Of a stretch of 56,001 nucleotides of DNA, positions 46,695 to 56,001 are shown in pieces. Source of the stretch: a virus (Duplodnaviria > Caudoviricetes); the IMG/VR virus record IMGVR_UViG_3300043413_000021, positions 1 to 56,001 of that record; one strand, written 5' to 3'. Under the pieces are notes generated by a model. It was not told the origin of the DNA. It made no database searches and was given only the letters and a program-made list of their open reading frames with translations. The translations under genes and the position numbers were made by a program. The number at the start of each line of letters is the position of its first letter. Positions within the stretch are counted from its first letter, which is position 1.

Positions 46695-49600
46695 ATGCCT
46701 ATTAAAAAATGTTTTGAAGGGTTCAATGAAAAATTATTATCCAAGTATAATGATATGGTGGCTAGTAACCCAGAAAAAAATGAATTTCAAGTAGCTAGAG
46801 AAATAATAGAGGATGAAAGGGCGAAAATGAACGATGAATTAAATGAAATAAGAAAAGCACTAGGAGTAAAGAGAGTAATTTATACAAAGTCAGAAGGCGG
46901 TAATATCTTAAAAATAAGTAAAGAATTTTCAGATAAAATAAAGAAAGCAGAAGAATTATCAAACATTGAAGTAGAAATTGAACAGCCTATCACCAGCAGT
47001 GAAAGCGAAGGTAGTAAGAAGATTGGCAGCGAAAAAAGTGGAACAAACATTGAAGCAGAACCAGTAAAAGTAGAACCCCCTACTCCGCCTATCCCACCTA
47101 CTGAAAGTAAAAGTGAATCTTCAAAAGATGGGAGTAAAAAAACAAAGCAAAAAAGTATTTTAAAAAACCTTCTTGATTCTACAAAAGTATCCGAACAAAA
47201 TAAACAAGCCCTTAGAGATAATGGAGTTGATTATGTAGTATCTAATCAATCCGAAGCTTCTTTAATGGCAGAAGAAATTGTTAATGCTTTAGGTATTGAA
47301 CAAGCACTAGATGCAGCAAGAGGGGAGTATGTAGACCCATCAGTAGGTTCAGCAATATTTGCACAATCATTAAATAAAATGTTTATTGATGAAGCAAAAT
47401 TAAGGGAGCAGGGTAATATTGAAGCAGCTAATGAAATAGCCAAACAATCGGCAGATATAAGCCTTGAATATGCTAACATATCAAACAAAGGCGGTAAATG
47501 GAATGCTCAAATAGCATACTTCTATAAAACTAGCCCTATGAGTTTTGTTCTTAGAATTAATGAAACAAGGGCTACAAAATTTGAAGAATGGTTTAAGGGT
47601 AAAGAGGAAGGATGGGAAGAAGTTTTAAAATTAATGATAGAATCCGAAGAAGGGCAAACTAAAATAAAAGAAGAAGTTGAAAATTTAAGAAAAGAAGAAC
47701 GTAAAAACGAAAGAAAAAAAAGGGATAAAGCTATTTCAGATTTTTTTAAAAAAGCAAAATTAAAAGGCGGTACATATGTTGTCATAATACCTCCTCCAAT
47801 ATGGAATAAAGCTTTAGATATAATGGAATTGGCAACAAAAGCAGGTGATAGAGCAGTTGTTGCAGTAGGGAAAGCTATTGAATATATATCAAAAGAAATA
47901 GGTGATAATTGGGATAAAGAAAAGTTTAGAAAAGAATATGAAGAAAATTTATCAAAAGTAGCAGACGGAGGAACAAAAGAAAAAAGCCTAACCCAATCAT
48001 TAAAAGAACGTATTGAAGAACTTCAAAGACGTATTAAAGAAAATGATTTTAGTTCAGAAGCATACAAGAATAAAAAAGAACTTACAGAAGAAGAAAAGGA
48101 ACTAGAAGAAGAGCTTAAAAAAGTAAGGGAAGCATATGATGATGCTAAAAAAACATCGCAAGAATACATTGATAAAAAAGCAAAACAGTTTCTTGAAAAT
48201 ATACGTAAGAAAATAAAAGGACTTACGGAAAAGCAAAAGCAAAAAATAATAGCCCGTTCTATTAAAAAAGTTGTTGAAAGCGGTGGGCTAGAAATAGATG
48301 AATTAAAAGATATTATTGCCGATGTAATTGGGTTTAAAAAACTAACGCCAGAAGAAATAAAAGAAATAGAGGCATTAACAGCGCAAGCAAACAAGGTAGA
48401 CCAATCTGAAATAGATTTGCTAAATAACACAACAAAAGAAAACTTAGAAAAGTTTCGAAAGCAAAAGGCTGCAAGCCTAGATGCTAGTAGAAGATTATTT
48501 GAATTAACTCATACTGAGGCTGATGTTGTTTCAACTGTTAGTTCAATAATGAGGTTAAATTTACTAGGGTTGCCTAGTATTATAATGAACTTTGCTAGTA
48601 ATACACTTTGGCAAGGGTCGTATAGATTCCCTTCTTCATTAATAATTAAAGGGGTTGAATATGGGGTATATGGCTCTCATTATTTAGGTAATTTATTTAC
48701 TTCTAGTAAGCCAATGCCAAGTAAGCCAATAAGCCTACTAAAAGAACAATCTATTTATTGGGATAAATACATTTCTGGAATTTCAAATGGATGGAAGCAA
48801 TTAGTTAAAGGGGTGGATGAAAAAAATTATTTTGATAAAGTTGAATATTCATCAAGATTAAACCCAATAAAGTCATGGAAAGACTTGTTTAAAAATTTTA
48901 AGGGGGATATATTTTTATCACCAAAACAAAAAACAGATAAAATAATACAAGGAACAATAGGTGCTAATGCATATTTGATTGGTAGACTAATGGGTTTTGG
49001 GGATAAGCCACCAAGATATGCAGCACAAGCATTGGAGGCATATAGAATAGCCGTTAAAGACATAAAATTAACAGACCCAGACCAAATAGAAGCCTTTATT
49101 GAAATGCCAGAAAAATATTCTTTTAATTTCCTTACAAAACAAAAAAAATTAACAGCAAAAGAAGCGGGGATAAAAGCAAAGGAAATAGCCAAAAGAATAG
49201 CAGACTATGGCGCAAATGCAACCTTCCAAGATGAAAATTTCTTAAATCAATTATCATCTTCCATTGATACTTTTTTATCTGGGGAAGAGAGTGGTTCAAT
49301 GGCACAAAATTCATTAAAATCAATTTCGCAGTTGGCTAAAGCATATACTATACCTTTCTTAAAAACTCCCGCAAATATTTATTGGGCTTTCTTTAAACTA
49401 AATAACCCTGCATTTTCGATGGCTAAAGCAGCAAGTGAACTTGTAATTGCTGAAAAAGCTAGAAGAAGTGGAGATTTTATACGCCATAACCAATACGTTA
49501 AAAATGCAAAAGAAAGTATTGGGTATGCTATTATTGGTTCTTCATTAGTTCTAGCGGGGCAAATATTATTCAAGGAGGGGTTACTAAGAGCTTCAAATGA

Positions 49601-50618
49601 CGAAGATGACAAACTAAGAGAGAAAATAGGCGAAGATTACTATGGCGGGTCTGGACAAATAAACATTGGTAAACTAGCAGGTGGTGATGATAGTTGGGTT
49701 AGTTTACTTTGGTTTGTGGGGGTAGGAACTGTATTTGATACCCAAGCTAAAATATTAGATAAAAAGAAAAAGCAAGGGATAAACATAAAAGAATTAGACT
49801 ACGATTTTACGGATAATATTTTGGAAAATTTCTCTACATCTTCATTGGTATCATTTAATTCACTTGTATTTGATAATACTTCTAAAATAATAGATGGGTT
49901 AAGAAAGGGGGGTAATAAAGCAGAATATTTGGGGAATGAAGCAATAGGTAGAATCAATACTATGATATTTGGTTCTGATTTTGAAAGATTTAGTAAATTA
50001 TCGTTGCCAGTTAAAGTTGAAAAAAAGGCTGATACTTTTCTTGAATCTTTAAAAAATAATATTGCTCAAAGAAATACCATAGCTAGGTTTGTGTCTGGCT
50101 ATAATCCACCTTCAAAAATAGGTATGTGGGGCGACCCAATAGTTCAAGACAACTCCTTTAGTGGGGTGCTTAGAAATGCGTTTAAATTAGAAGGAAATAA
50201 TAAAGATAAATTCGCAGTTGTTTTATATCAAGACCAACAAAGAACTGGCAAATCTGGATTTTTCCCTATGGTGGAAGATAATAAAATTACGGTAAACGGT
50301 AAGATAGTAGAGATAAATACCGAACAAAAAAGAAGTTTAGATAGTCTTATTGGGAGGGCTAGGGTCGTATATATTCAGCCAATAGTAGGAGGGGCAGTAC
50401 ATATAGGAGGTAAAAATTACTATTCTATGAATGATGAAGAAAAACTAGCATTACTAGATGAGGGGTACAAAAAAGCTAAACAGGTTGGGTTTGAAAATTT
50501 TAAATTAAAGTACAAGCAATTTGAAAATACAGAACTTACATTAGAACAAGATAAGGAAAAGCAGAAACAAGAAGATTTTAGAGCAAAAGCTAAAGATAAA
50601 CTTGAAAATTTTAAATAA
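46695..50618 (+). CDS. Large internal virion (ejection) protein, putative
   Basis: 1307 aa, coiled coil followed by amphipathic/hydrophobic helices (IPFLKTPANI), typical of podovirus ejection proteins. Confidence 0.6.
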   Translation: MPIKKCFEGFNEKLLSKYNDMVASNPEKNEFQVAREIIEDERAKMNDELNEIRKALGVKRVIYTKSEGGNILKISKEFSDKIKKAEELSNIEVEIEQPITSSESEGSKKIGSEKSGTNIEAEPVKVEPPTPPIPPTESKSESSKDGSKKTKQKSILKNLLDSTKVSEQNKQALRDNGVDYVVSNQSEASLMAEEIVNALGIEQALDAARGEYVDPSVGSAIFAQSLNKMFIDEAKLREQGNIEAANEIAKQSADISLEYANISNKGGKWNAQIAYFYKTSPMSFVLRINETRATKFEEWFKGKEEGWEEVLKLMIESEEGQTKIKEEVENLRKEERKNERKKRDKAISDFFKKAKLKGGTYVVIIPPPIWNKALDIMELATKAGDRAVVAVGKAIEYISKEIGDNWDKEKFRKEYEENLSKVADGGTKEKSLTQSLKERIEELQRRIKENDFSSEAYKNKKELTEEEKELEEELKKVREAYDDAKKTSQEYIDKKAKQFLENIRKKIKGLTEKQKQKIIARSIKKVVESGGLEIDELKDIIADVIGFKKLTPEEIKEIEALTAQANKVDQSEIDLLNNTTKENLEKFRKQKAASLDASRRLFELTHTEADVVSTVSSIMRLNLLGLPSIIMNFASNTLWQGSYRFPSSLIIKGVEYGVYGSHYLGNLFTSSKPMPSKPISLLKEQSIYWDKYISGISNGWKQLVKGVDEKNYFDKVEYSSRLNPIKSWKDLFKNFKGDIFLSPKQKTDKIIQGTIGANAYLIGRLMGFGDKPPRYAAQALEAYRIAVKDIKLTDPDQIEAFIEMPEKYSFNFLTKQKKLTAKEAGIKAKEIAKRIADYGANATFQDENFLNQLSSSIDTFLSGEESGSMAQNSLKSISQLAKAYTIPFLKTPANIYWAFFKLNNPAFSMAKAASELVIAEKARRSGDFIRHNQYVKNAKESIGYAIIGSSLVLAGQILFKEGLLRASNDEDDKLREKIGEDYYGGSGQINIGKLAGGDDSWVSLLWFVGVGTVFDTQAKILDKKKKQGINIKELDYDFTDNILENFSTSSLVSFNSLVFDNTSKIIDGLRKGGNKAEYLGNEAIGRINTMIFGSDFERFSKLSLPVKVEKKADTFLESLKNNIAQRNTIARFVSGYNPPSKIGMWGDPIVQDNSFSGVLRNAFKLEGNNKDKFAVVLYQDQQRTGKSGFFPMVEDNKITVNGKIVEINTEQKRSLDSLIGRARVVYIQPIVGGAVHIGGKNYYSMNDEEKLALLDEGYKKAKQVGFENFKLKYKQFENTELTLEQDKEKQKQEDFRAKAKDKLENFK

Positions 50619-51175
50619 TGGTTAGGTCAAAATTAGTGAATGAGTTGATGAGTGGCATTAATGAAGGGGAGCATCCCCCAAAAGGGTATAAGGAAACCAC
50701 TACAAAAGAAAGGTATGCATGGAATCAGTTTCTTAAATTTGTTAACTCGAAAGGGCTAACTGGTAGTGCTGAACTTGACAAAAAAGACAAATCAATAGGC
50801 AATGCACTATTGGATGAATTTAATAGTGCGAATCCTCAATTATTCATATCAAAAGAAAGTATCCCTACTTTTCAATACGAAAATGCAGCACTAAGAAAGA
50901 AAGGGCAATTCCCTGAATTAGATAGTACTTCATCATTAATGGTTTACAAGCAGCTTCCCGATAAATACAAAAAACAAGAAGTATCCCCTATTGATGGGTG
51001 GATTGGCAGCAAAACTTCTAGCCTTGCATATCCTGAATTTGTAGTTTACGGTGATTCATACGGGAATCAAAAAATGGACTTTAAAAGTAATTATTTGGAC
51101 TTTTTGAAAAAAGATAATCCCGATATCAAAAGTAAATATGTCGGTAACAAAATATTAGCCATGAAAAAAAGTTAA
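50618..51175 (+). CDS. Hypothetical protein
   Basis: Coupled to the upstream gene; contains DGWIGSKT. Confidence 0.55.
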   Translation: MVRSKLVNELMSGINEGEHPPKGYKETTTKERYAWNQFLKFVNSKGLTGSAELDKKDKSIGNALLDEFNSANPQLFISKESIPTFQYENAALRKKGQFPELDSTSSLMVYKQLPDKYKKQEVSPIDGWIGSKTSSLAYPEFVVYGDSYGNQKMDFKSNYLDFLKKDNPDIKSKYVGNKILAMKKS

Positions 51176-51224
51176 AATTTACTTAAAATTGGATTAAAAT
51201 TTGTTACTTTGGTAAACGTTAAAA

Positions 51225-51743
51225 ATGCCCATAGTACCAAATTTTACGGCTGCCCAAAGTAGTGGGTCGCCTAATATACTAACGCTAACAGATACATCAA
51301 CAGGCAGTGATGTTTTAATAACCCAAAGAAGGGTATATATTTTACAATCTAATGGTAATTATTTAAAGCCATCAAATAATTCTACGGATTATATAGTTTG
51401 GGCTTATGCCGCACAAAGTATAAGTTTAGATGTTTTAACTAAAGATACAGCCGTTACAATAATAGTGGAATGGCTTGATGTTTCAAATGCAGTTTTATAT
51501 AGTAAAACTATTTCATTTGGTTTTACTGCCTACAATGAAACATTTTACTATGGGCTTACGCAAGATTTAATAGCAAGCCCCAACCTTTACCAAAGCCAAA
51601 ATTGGGTTTATAATAAAATGCTATTAAGGGTGTATTTGGATAGCGGTAATCAAGCAATATCATTTGCATCAAATATTAATGCAGCTCAAATAAACTATGA
51701 TTTGGCAACTAATTTACAAATAAATAAGAGTTACTTCTTCTAG
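51225..51743 (+). CDS. Tail-associated protein (putative)
   Basis: PKD-like start (FTA...LTLTDTSTG); first gene of the fibre operon. Confidence 0.45.
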   Translation: MPIVPNFTAAQSSGSPNILTLTDTSTGSDVLITQRRVYILQSNGNYLKPSNNSTDYIVWAYAAQSISLDVLTKDTAVTIIVEWLDVSNAVLYSKTISFGFTAYNETFYYGLTQDLIASPNLYQSQNWVYNKMLLRVYLDSGNQAISFASNINAAQINYDLATNLQINKSYFF

Positions 51744-51745
51744 TC

Positions 51746-52279
51746 ATGCAATTAGAAAATACAACAATATCATTGGCTAAAATATGTCAATATTTATATA
51801 CGGTTGATATATTAGGTAGCAATTCGTTCTTTAATGGGTCGGTTGATAAAAGAAGAAATATTCAATTATACATGGAACGGGTTGCTCTTGAATATGGTAA
51901 TACGCAAAATATACCAAATAATCAAGGCGTTTCAAATTATGTATATACCCTTTTGGGGACTAATTTACAAAGGTCAACACAAATACTAACTGGTGGTAGT
52001 GGAGGGATAGTGCCTCCCGCAAGTCAAGGGGGTAACTCATTAACCCCATACCCTATAAATGTAATTATATCAGTAGGGCAGTCTAATTCTATGATACTAA
52101 CAAATAGCGCATGGATTGGGTTGCAAGACATAAATCAAATTGTTATTAATCAAAGTGTTTTTCAGTCTGGCTCTCAATTTGTCTTTTCCCCATTGACTGG
52201 GACTTTTGATTTTAGTTTAAGTTTATATACCCTTCAAGTAGGTGATTTTTTAACGGGGCTAGGGTTTTTAAGAGTGTAA
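51746..52279 (+). CDS. Tail-associated protein (putative)
   Basis: Position before the fibre gene; Gly linker. Confidence 0.45.
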   Translation: MQLENTTISLAKICQYLYTVDILGSNSFFNGSVDKRRNIQLYMERVALEYGNTQNIPNNQGVSNYVYTLLGTNLQRSTQILTGGSGGIVPPASQGGNSLTPYPINVIISVGQSNSMILTNSAWIGLQDINQIVINQSVFQSGSQFVFSPLTGTFDFSLSLYTLQVGDFLTGLGFLRV

Positions 52280-52288
52280 AAAAAAATT

Positions 52289-55200
52289 ATGAAAAAAATA
52301 TTATTTATTATGTGGTTCTTGGCAATTTTTACTGCTGGGAATAGCCAGTATGTAAATACCCAAACAGTAGGTAGTCCTACAACATTGTTTAAAAGTAGGG
52401 GGTATTTAGGTGTGGATACTGCTTTTATTTTTCTAGGTAGTTACCCCGATACTATTTCGGCAAACCTTTCTGGGGCATCATTATATAGGTCATTAATAAT
52501 GATTAATAATGACTTGTATTATAGAGGCGTATCCCCTTATAAGTGGTATAAATTAAATAATTCAGCCGCTACTTTAGTATCTATTTCGCAAGGGTTTGGA
52601 ATATCAAATTCACCCAATCCAATAACGATGAACGGTACTATATCGGTGGATACGAATACAATGGTAAGTAAATTATATTTTAATAATTTTAATGCATTTA
52701 ATTTAAAATATACGGATACCGCATTGATGCTTTACCCATACTATAACAAAACAGCTACCAATTCACTTTTATCCCTTAAACTAAATATTATTGATACTGC
52801 TTCAATGTTAATTGGATATAAAACTTTTTATCCTAGGAACGCAATATCAGCTGGGAGTGGTATTTCATATAACCCCTTAACTGGGGTAATAACCAATGCA
52901 AGCCCATCAAGCGGGGGTACGGTTACAAGTATATCAACAAATAATGGGTCTGGTATTACGGGGGGTACAATAACAAGTACGGGTACTTTATCTATTGATA
53001 CTGGGTTAATTTCTACAAGAGCATGGAGGCAAAAGGGGGTGGATTCTATTGCTTCAAATTTTGTTCCTAATACAAGGACAATTACTATTAATGGGGAAAC
53101 ATATAACTTATCGGGAAATAGGAGTTGGACAATAACAAGTGGGGTTTCTTCTGTATTTGGGAGAAGCGGGGCTGTGGTAGCGCAATCAGGGGATTATGCA
53201 TCATTTTACGCACCAATTACAGGCGGGTCTGGGTACATACAAAATAGTAGTTCACAACAAGCAAGTAGTAATTTCAATATTAGTGGAAACGGAACAGTTG
53301 GGAGTACATTTACAAATACATTATTAGGTGGCTCTGGTAATAGGATTGTTGTAGCAAATAATTCAGGTGTATTTTCTGGGGCTGTTATAGGTTCTGGGCT
53401 TTCTTTTGATGGCACTACTTTAATTGCAACAGGGGGGGCGGTTGGTACTATAACAGGGTCGGGTACTTCTGGTATGTTATCTATGTTTAGTGGCACATCG
53501 TCTATATCTAATTCTATAATTACACAAAGCGGGAGTAGTATATCAGTTGCAGGGTCTTTGACAGCTACTACATTTAATGGCAGTGGAACAGGAATAACAG
53601 GAATGACAACTTCACAAGTTTCAGAGGGAACGAATTTATACTATACAAACGCAAGGGCTAGAAGTTCATTATCCTTTGTAGCGGGTTCGGGGGCTTACAA
53701 TAATTCAACTGGTGTAATAACAATACCAACAGACAATAGTCAAATTGCGAATAGTGCAGGGTATTTATCTAGTGTAAACCTAGCTACTAATGTAACAGGG
53801 GTATTGCCAATATCAAATGGTGGTACAGGTTCAAGTACACAAAATTTTGTAGACTTAACAAATAGCCAAACAATAGGCGGGGGTAAAACATTCACGAGTG
53901 ATTTAGTATCATCTGGTATAAGTACAAATTTATATAAAACAAGCTCTGGGAGTACATCAATTTCACTAAATCCATCAACGGGCGGAATTACCTTTAACTA
54001 TCCAATAACAGGAACAAGTGCTGCATTTAGTGGTGGATTAGATGTAGGGGCAAATAGCACAATAACAGGTAGCGATAGGGTGCTTTCACTAAGAGGTGCG
54101 GGAGGGGGTGCGAATAGTTTACTAAGATATTCAGACGGTGCAACAGCTAGATACTCTACTGGGTTTAATGGCGGGAACTACATTATATATAACGATTATA
54201 CTTCGTCCGCACCTCTAACAATAGAAAATAATAATGTAGCTAATTTTGCTGGAAATATTACATCTCCATCTTTCATTGGGTCTGGTGCTTCATTAACAGG
54301 AATAATTACTTCTCAAGTAGCTGAAAGTGGTAATTTATATTATACAGATGCACGTTCAAGAGGTGCATTATCATTAACTACTACAGGAAATAGCGGGGTG
54401 TCAACATATAGCAATACAACAGGGGTGTTTAATATCCCTAATTATACACTTTCTGGGTTAGGGGGTGTGCCTTTAAACGGTACAGGCGCAAGTGGGACAT
54501 GGGGCATCAATATTACAGGCAATTCCGCAACGGTAACAAATGGAGTGTACACGAATGGCAGTTATGCTAATCCTTCTTGGATAACTTCATTAGACTGGGG
54601 CAAGGTTACTGGAACACCGACAACATTGTCGGGGTATGGTATTACGGATGCACAAGGGCTTATTGCAGCTGGTACAACAGCGCAATATTGGAGGGGCGAT
54701 AAAACCTTTCAAACATTAAACACCACAGCGGTAACAGAGGGAACGAATTTGTATTACACAGAAGCAAGAGTAAGTAATAATACGAATGTGTTAGCCAACA
54801 CAGCGGCAAGACACAACGCTGTAACGATAGGCACAGCAAATGGTTTATCGTTGAGTACGCAAGTACTTAGTTTAGGTCTGTCGTCTACAAGTACAACAGG
54901 AGCGTTGAGTTCAACGGATTGGAATACGTTTAACAATAAGTTATCTGCTAACCAAACGGTAACACTAAGCGGAGATGTAACAGGAAGCGGAACAACGTCT
55001 ATAGTTACTGCCATCGGTGCGAATAAGGTAACTAACGCAATGCTACTCGGGAGTATTGACTACGCTAAGATGAATGCGGCTACTGTGCCTACGTGGAATC
55101 AAAACACAACAGGCAATGCAGCGACAGTAACGAACGGAGTGTATAGTACTTCGTTAATAAGCGGTAGAGTAGCGTATGCGAATAGTTCAAATACATTAAC

Positions 55201-56001
55201 AACATCCACTGGTTTATTATTCGATGGCACTACGTTAACAGCAACAGGATTAACAGCAAGCACAACGGCTACACTGCCTTTTGCAACAGCGGTAGCAGCG
55301 GGTGACGTTAGTAGTGTTAGCGGTCATCAAATATTATTAAACGCAGACGCTAACCAGATTGTAAAAAAAATAAGTAGTGCGAATTTCATTTCGTCTATGG
55401 GGCTTGCGACAAGTTCGCAGTTGGGAAGTTATTTGCCGTTGAGTGGTGGAACACTCACAGGCTCACTCAGCGGAACGAGTGCAACGTTTACAAATAATGT
55501 AACTATAAGACCAACGTCAGGTTACAATGCTTATTTTCAAACAAGCGGAACTGCTTTAAGAATAAATTATCTAAATGACGCGTTGTCTTCAAATGTTGGA
55601 GCAGCATTTAGAGCCACAGATTATTCTTTTCAGGATGGTTCTGGTAGTACTATTTTTACTTTAGCCCCTACAGGTGGAACACTCACAGGCTCACTCAACG
55701 GAACGAGTGCAAGTTTTAGTGGCAATTTATATGTAGGTGTAAATTCTTATTCCCTTGGCGCAGGCAAGAAAATTGTTGGAAATGATGATCCTATTAATTA
55801 TTACATCGCTGATATTAATGGAACGGGGGTGCTTGATATCAATTGGTTCGGAGGTACACGTATGAAAACAGCTTATGGGACAAATTTAACTTTATCCTCA
55901 TCAGGAAACACATTAATCAAAACTGCCACTGATAACGGTGTAGATGCACTGCAGGTGAATGGGAGTACAAGTTTTACAGGCTCACTCAGCGGAACGAGTG
56001 C
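52289..56001 (+). CDS. Long fibre/adhesin-like protein with an N-terminal signal peptide (3'-partial, more than 1237 aa; absent from the ORF track)
   Basis: Starts MKKILFIMWFLAIFTAGNSQYVN. The frame was spot-checked open at 53201 and 55922. G/S/T-rich fibre motifs include SSVFGRSGAV, EGTNLYYT and YLPLSGGTLTG. Confidence 0.8.
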   Translation, partial: MKKILFIMWFLAIFTAGNSQYVNTQTVGSPTTLFKSRGYLGVDTAFIFLGSYPDTISANLSGASLYRSLIMINNDLYYRGVSPYKWYKLNNSAATLVSISQGFGISNSPNPITMNGTISVDTNTMVSKLYFNNFNAFNLKYTDTALMLYPYYNKTATNSLLSLKLNIIDTASMLIGYKTFYPRNAISAGSGISYNPLTGVITNASPSSGGTVTSISTNNGSGITGGTITSTGTLSIDTGLISTRAWRQKGVDSIASNFVPNTRTITINGETYNLSGNRSWTITSGVSSVFGRSGAVVAQSGDYASFYAPITGGSGYIQNSSSQQASSNFNISGNGTVGSTFTNTLLGGSGNRIVVANNSGVFSGAVIGSGLSFDGTTLIATGGAVGTITGSGTSGMLSMFSGTSSISNSIITQSGSSISVAGSLTATTFNGSGTGITGMTTSQVSEGTNLYYTNARARSSLSFVAGSGAYNNSTGVITIPTDNSQIANSAGYLSSVNLATNVTGVLPISNGGTGSSTQNFVDLTNSQTIGGGKTFTSDLVSSGISTNLYKTSSGSTSISLNPSTGGITFNYPITGTSAAFSGGLDVGANSTITGSDRVLSLRGAGGGANSLLRYSDGATARYSTGFNGGNYIIYNDYTSSAPLTIENNNVANFAGNITSPSFIGSGASLTGIITSQVAESGNLYYTDARSRGALSLTTTGNSGVSTYSNTTGVFNIPNYTLSGLGGVPLNGTGASGTWGINITGNSATVTNGVYTNGSYANPSWITSLDWGKVTGTPTTLSGYGITDAQGLIAAGTTAQYWRGDKTFQTLNTTAVTEGTNLYYTEARVSNNTNVLANTAARHNAVTIGTANGLSLSTQVLSLGLSSTSTTGALSSTDWNTFNNKLSANQTVTLSGDVTGSGTTSIVTAIGANKVTNAMLLGSIDYAKMNAATVPTWNQNTTGNAATVTNGVYSTSLISGRVAYANSSNTLTTSTGLLFDGTTLTATGLTASTTATLPFATAVAAGDVSSVSGHQILLNADANQIVKKISSANFISSMGLATSSQLGSYLPLSGGTLTGSLSGTSATFTNNVTIRPTSGYNAYFQTSGTALRINYLNDALSSNVGAAFRATDYSFQDGSGSTIFTLAPTGGTLTGSLNGTSASFSGNLYVGVNSYSLGAGKKIVGNDDPINYYIADINGTGVLDINWFGGTRMKTAYGTNLTLSSSGNTLIKTATDNGVDALQVNGSTSFTGSLSGTS
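55445..56001 (+). repeat. Three DNA-level repeats encoding (GGTL)TGSLSGTSA in the fibre gene
   Basis: 55445-55484 and 55673-55712 (39/40 identical), plus 55976-56001. Confidence 0.85.

Noticed and set aside
36486-55014. Numerous minus-strand ORFs of 60-200 aa within structural genes
   Set aside because: They are antisense shadows of long plus-strand genes with biased codon usage.
1-56001. Integron integrase, other tyrosine/serine recombinase or reverse transcriptase (DGR, retron)
   Set aside because: No ORF shows a recognisable R-H-R-H-Y tyrosine-recombinase or YxDD RT motif set. One may lie outside the window.
17003-56001. Stop-codon reassignment as in some crAss-like phages
   Set aside because: Genes are long and tightly packed under code 11, and TAG and TGA terminate genes normally (for example, the MCP ends in TAG).

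Overview
The window is about 56 kb of an AT-rich dsDNA tailed phage or prophage. The host is most likely Bacteroidota, judged from TAnnTTTG promoters, A-rich leaders without Shine-Dalgarno motifs and a Gln-type signal peptide. Positions 1-15.9 kb hold recombination, replication and regulatory genes: RuvC-like, YqaJ exonuclease, Rad52-like annealase, stand-alone DnaA domain IV, HTH proteins, DnaC-like ATPase, NinG/HNH-like and SSB. A divergent control region at about 3.0-4.9 kb contains a strand-skew switch, a 42-bp-period tandem array and three promoter-terminator mini-units. Positions 16-56 kb hold a crAss-like podovirus-type virion module: terminase, portal, scaffold-like protein, major capsid, ring proteins, GroES, tail stabilisation/muzzle-like protein, ejected cargo proteins including a 2382-aa polyvalent protein, and a signal-peptide-bearing fibre gene that runs off the end. 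The main finding is two arrays (about 5.8-8.2 kb and 12.0-14.6 kb) of nine single-gene cassettes separated by attC-like hairpins. Each ORF is bracketed by its own 13-16 bp complementary GTT.../...AAC arms, which is the integron-cassette signature. The hairpin, however, travels with the downstream gene, folds best on the coding strand and in three cases contains the predicted start codon. This points to inverted-orientation integron-like cassettes in a phage, with no integrase in the window. Protein calls come from motif recognition and gene order only; no database search was run.
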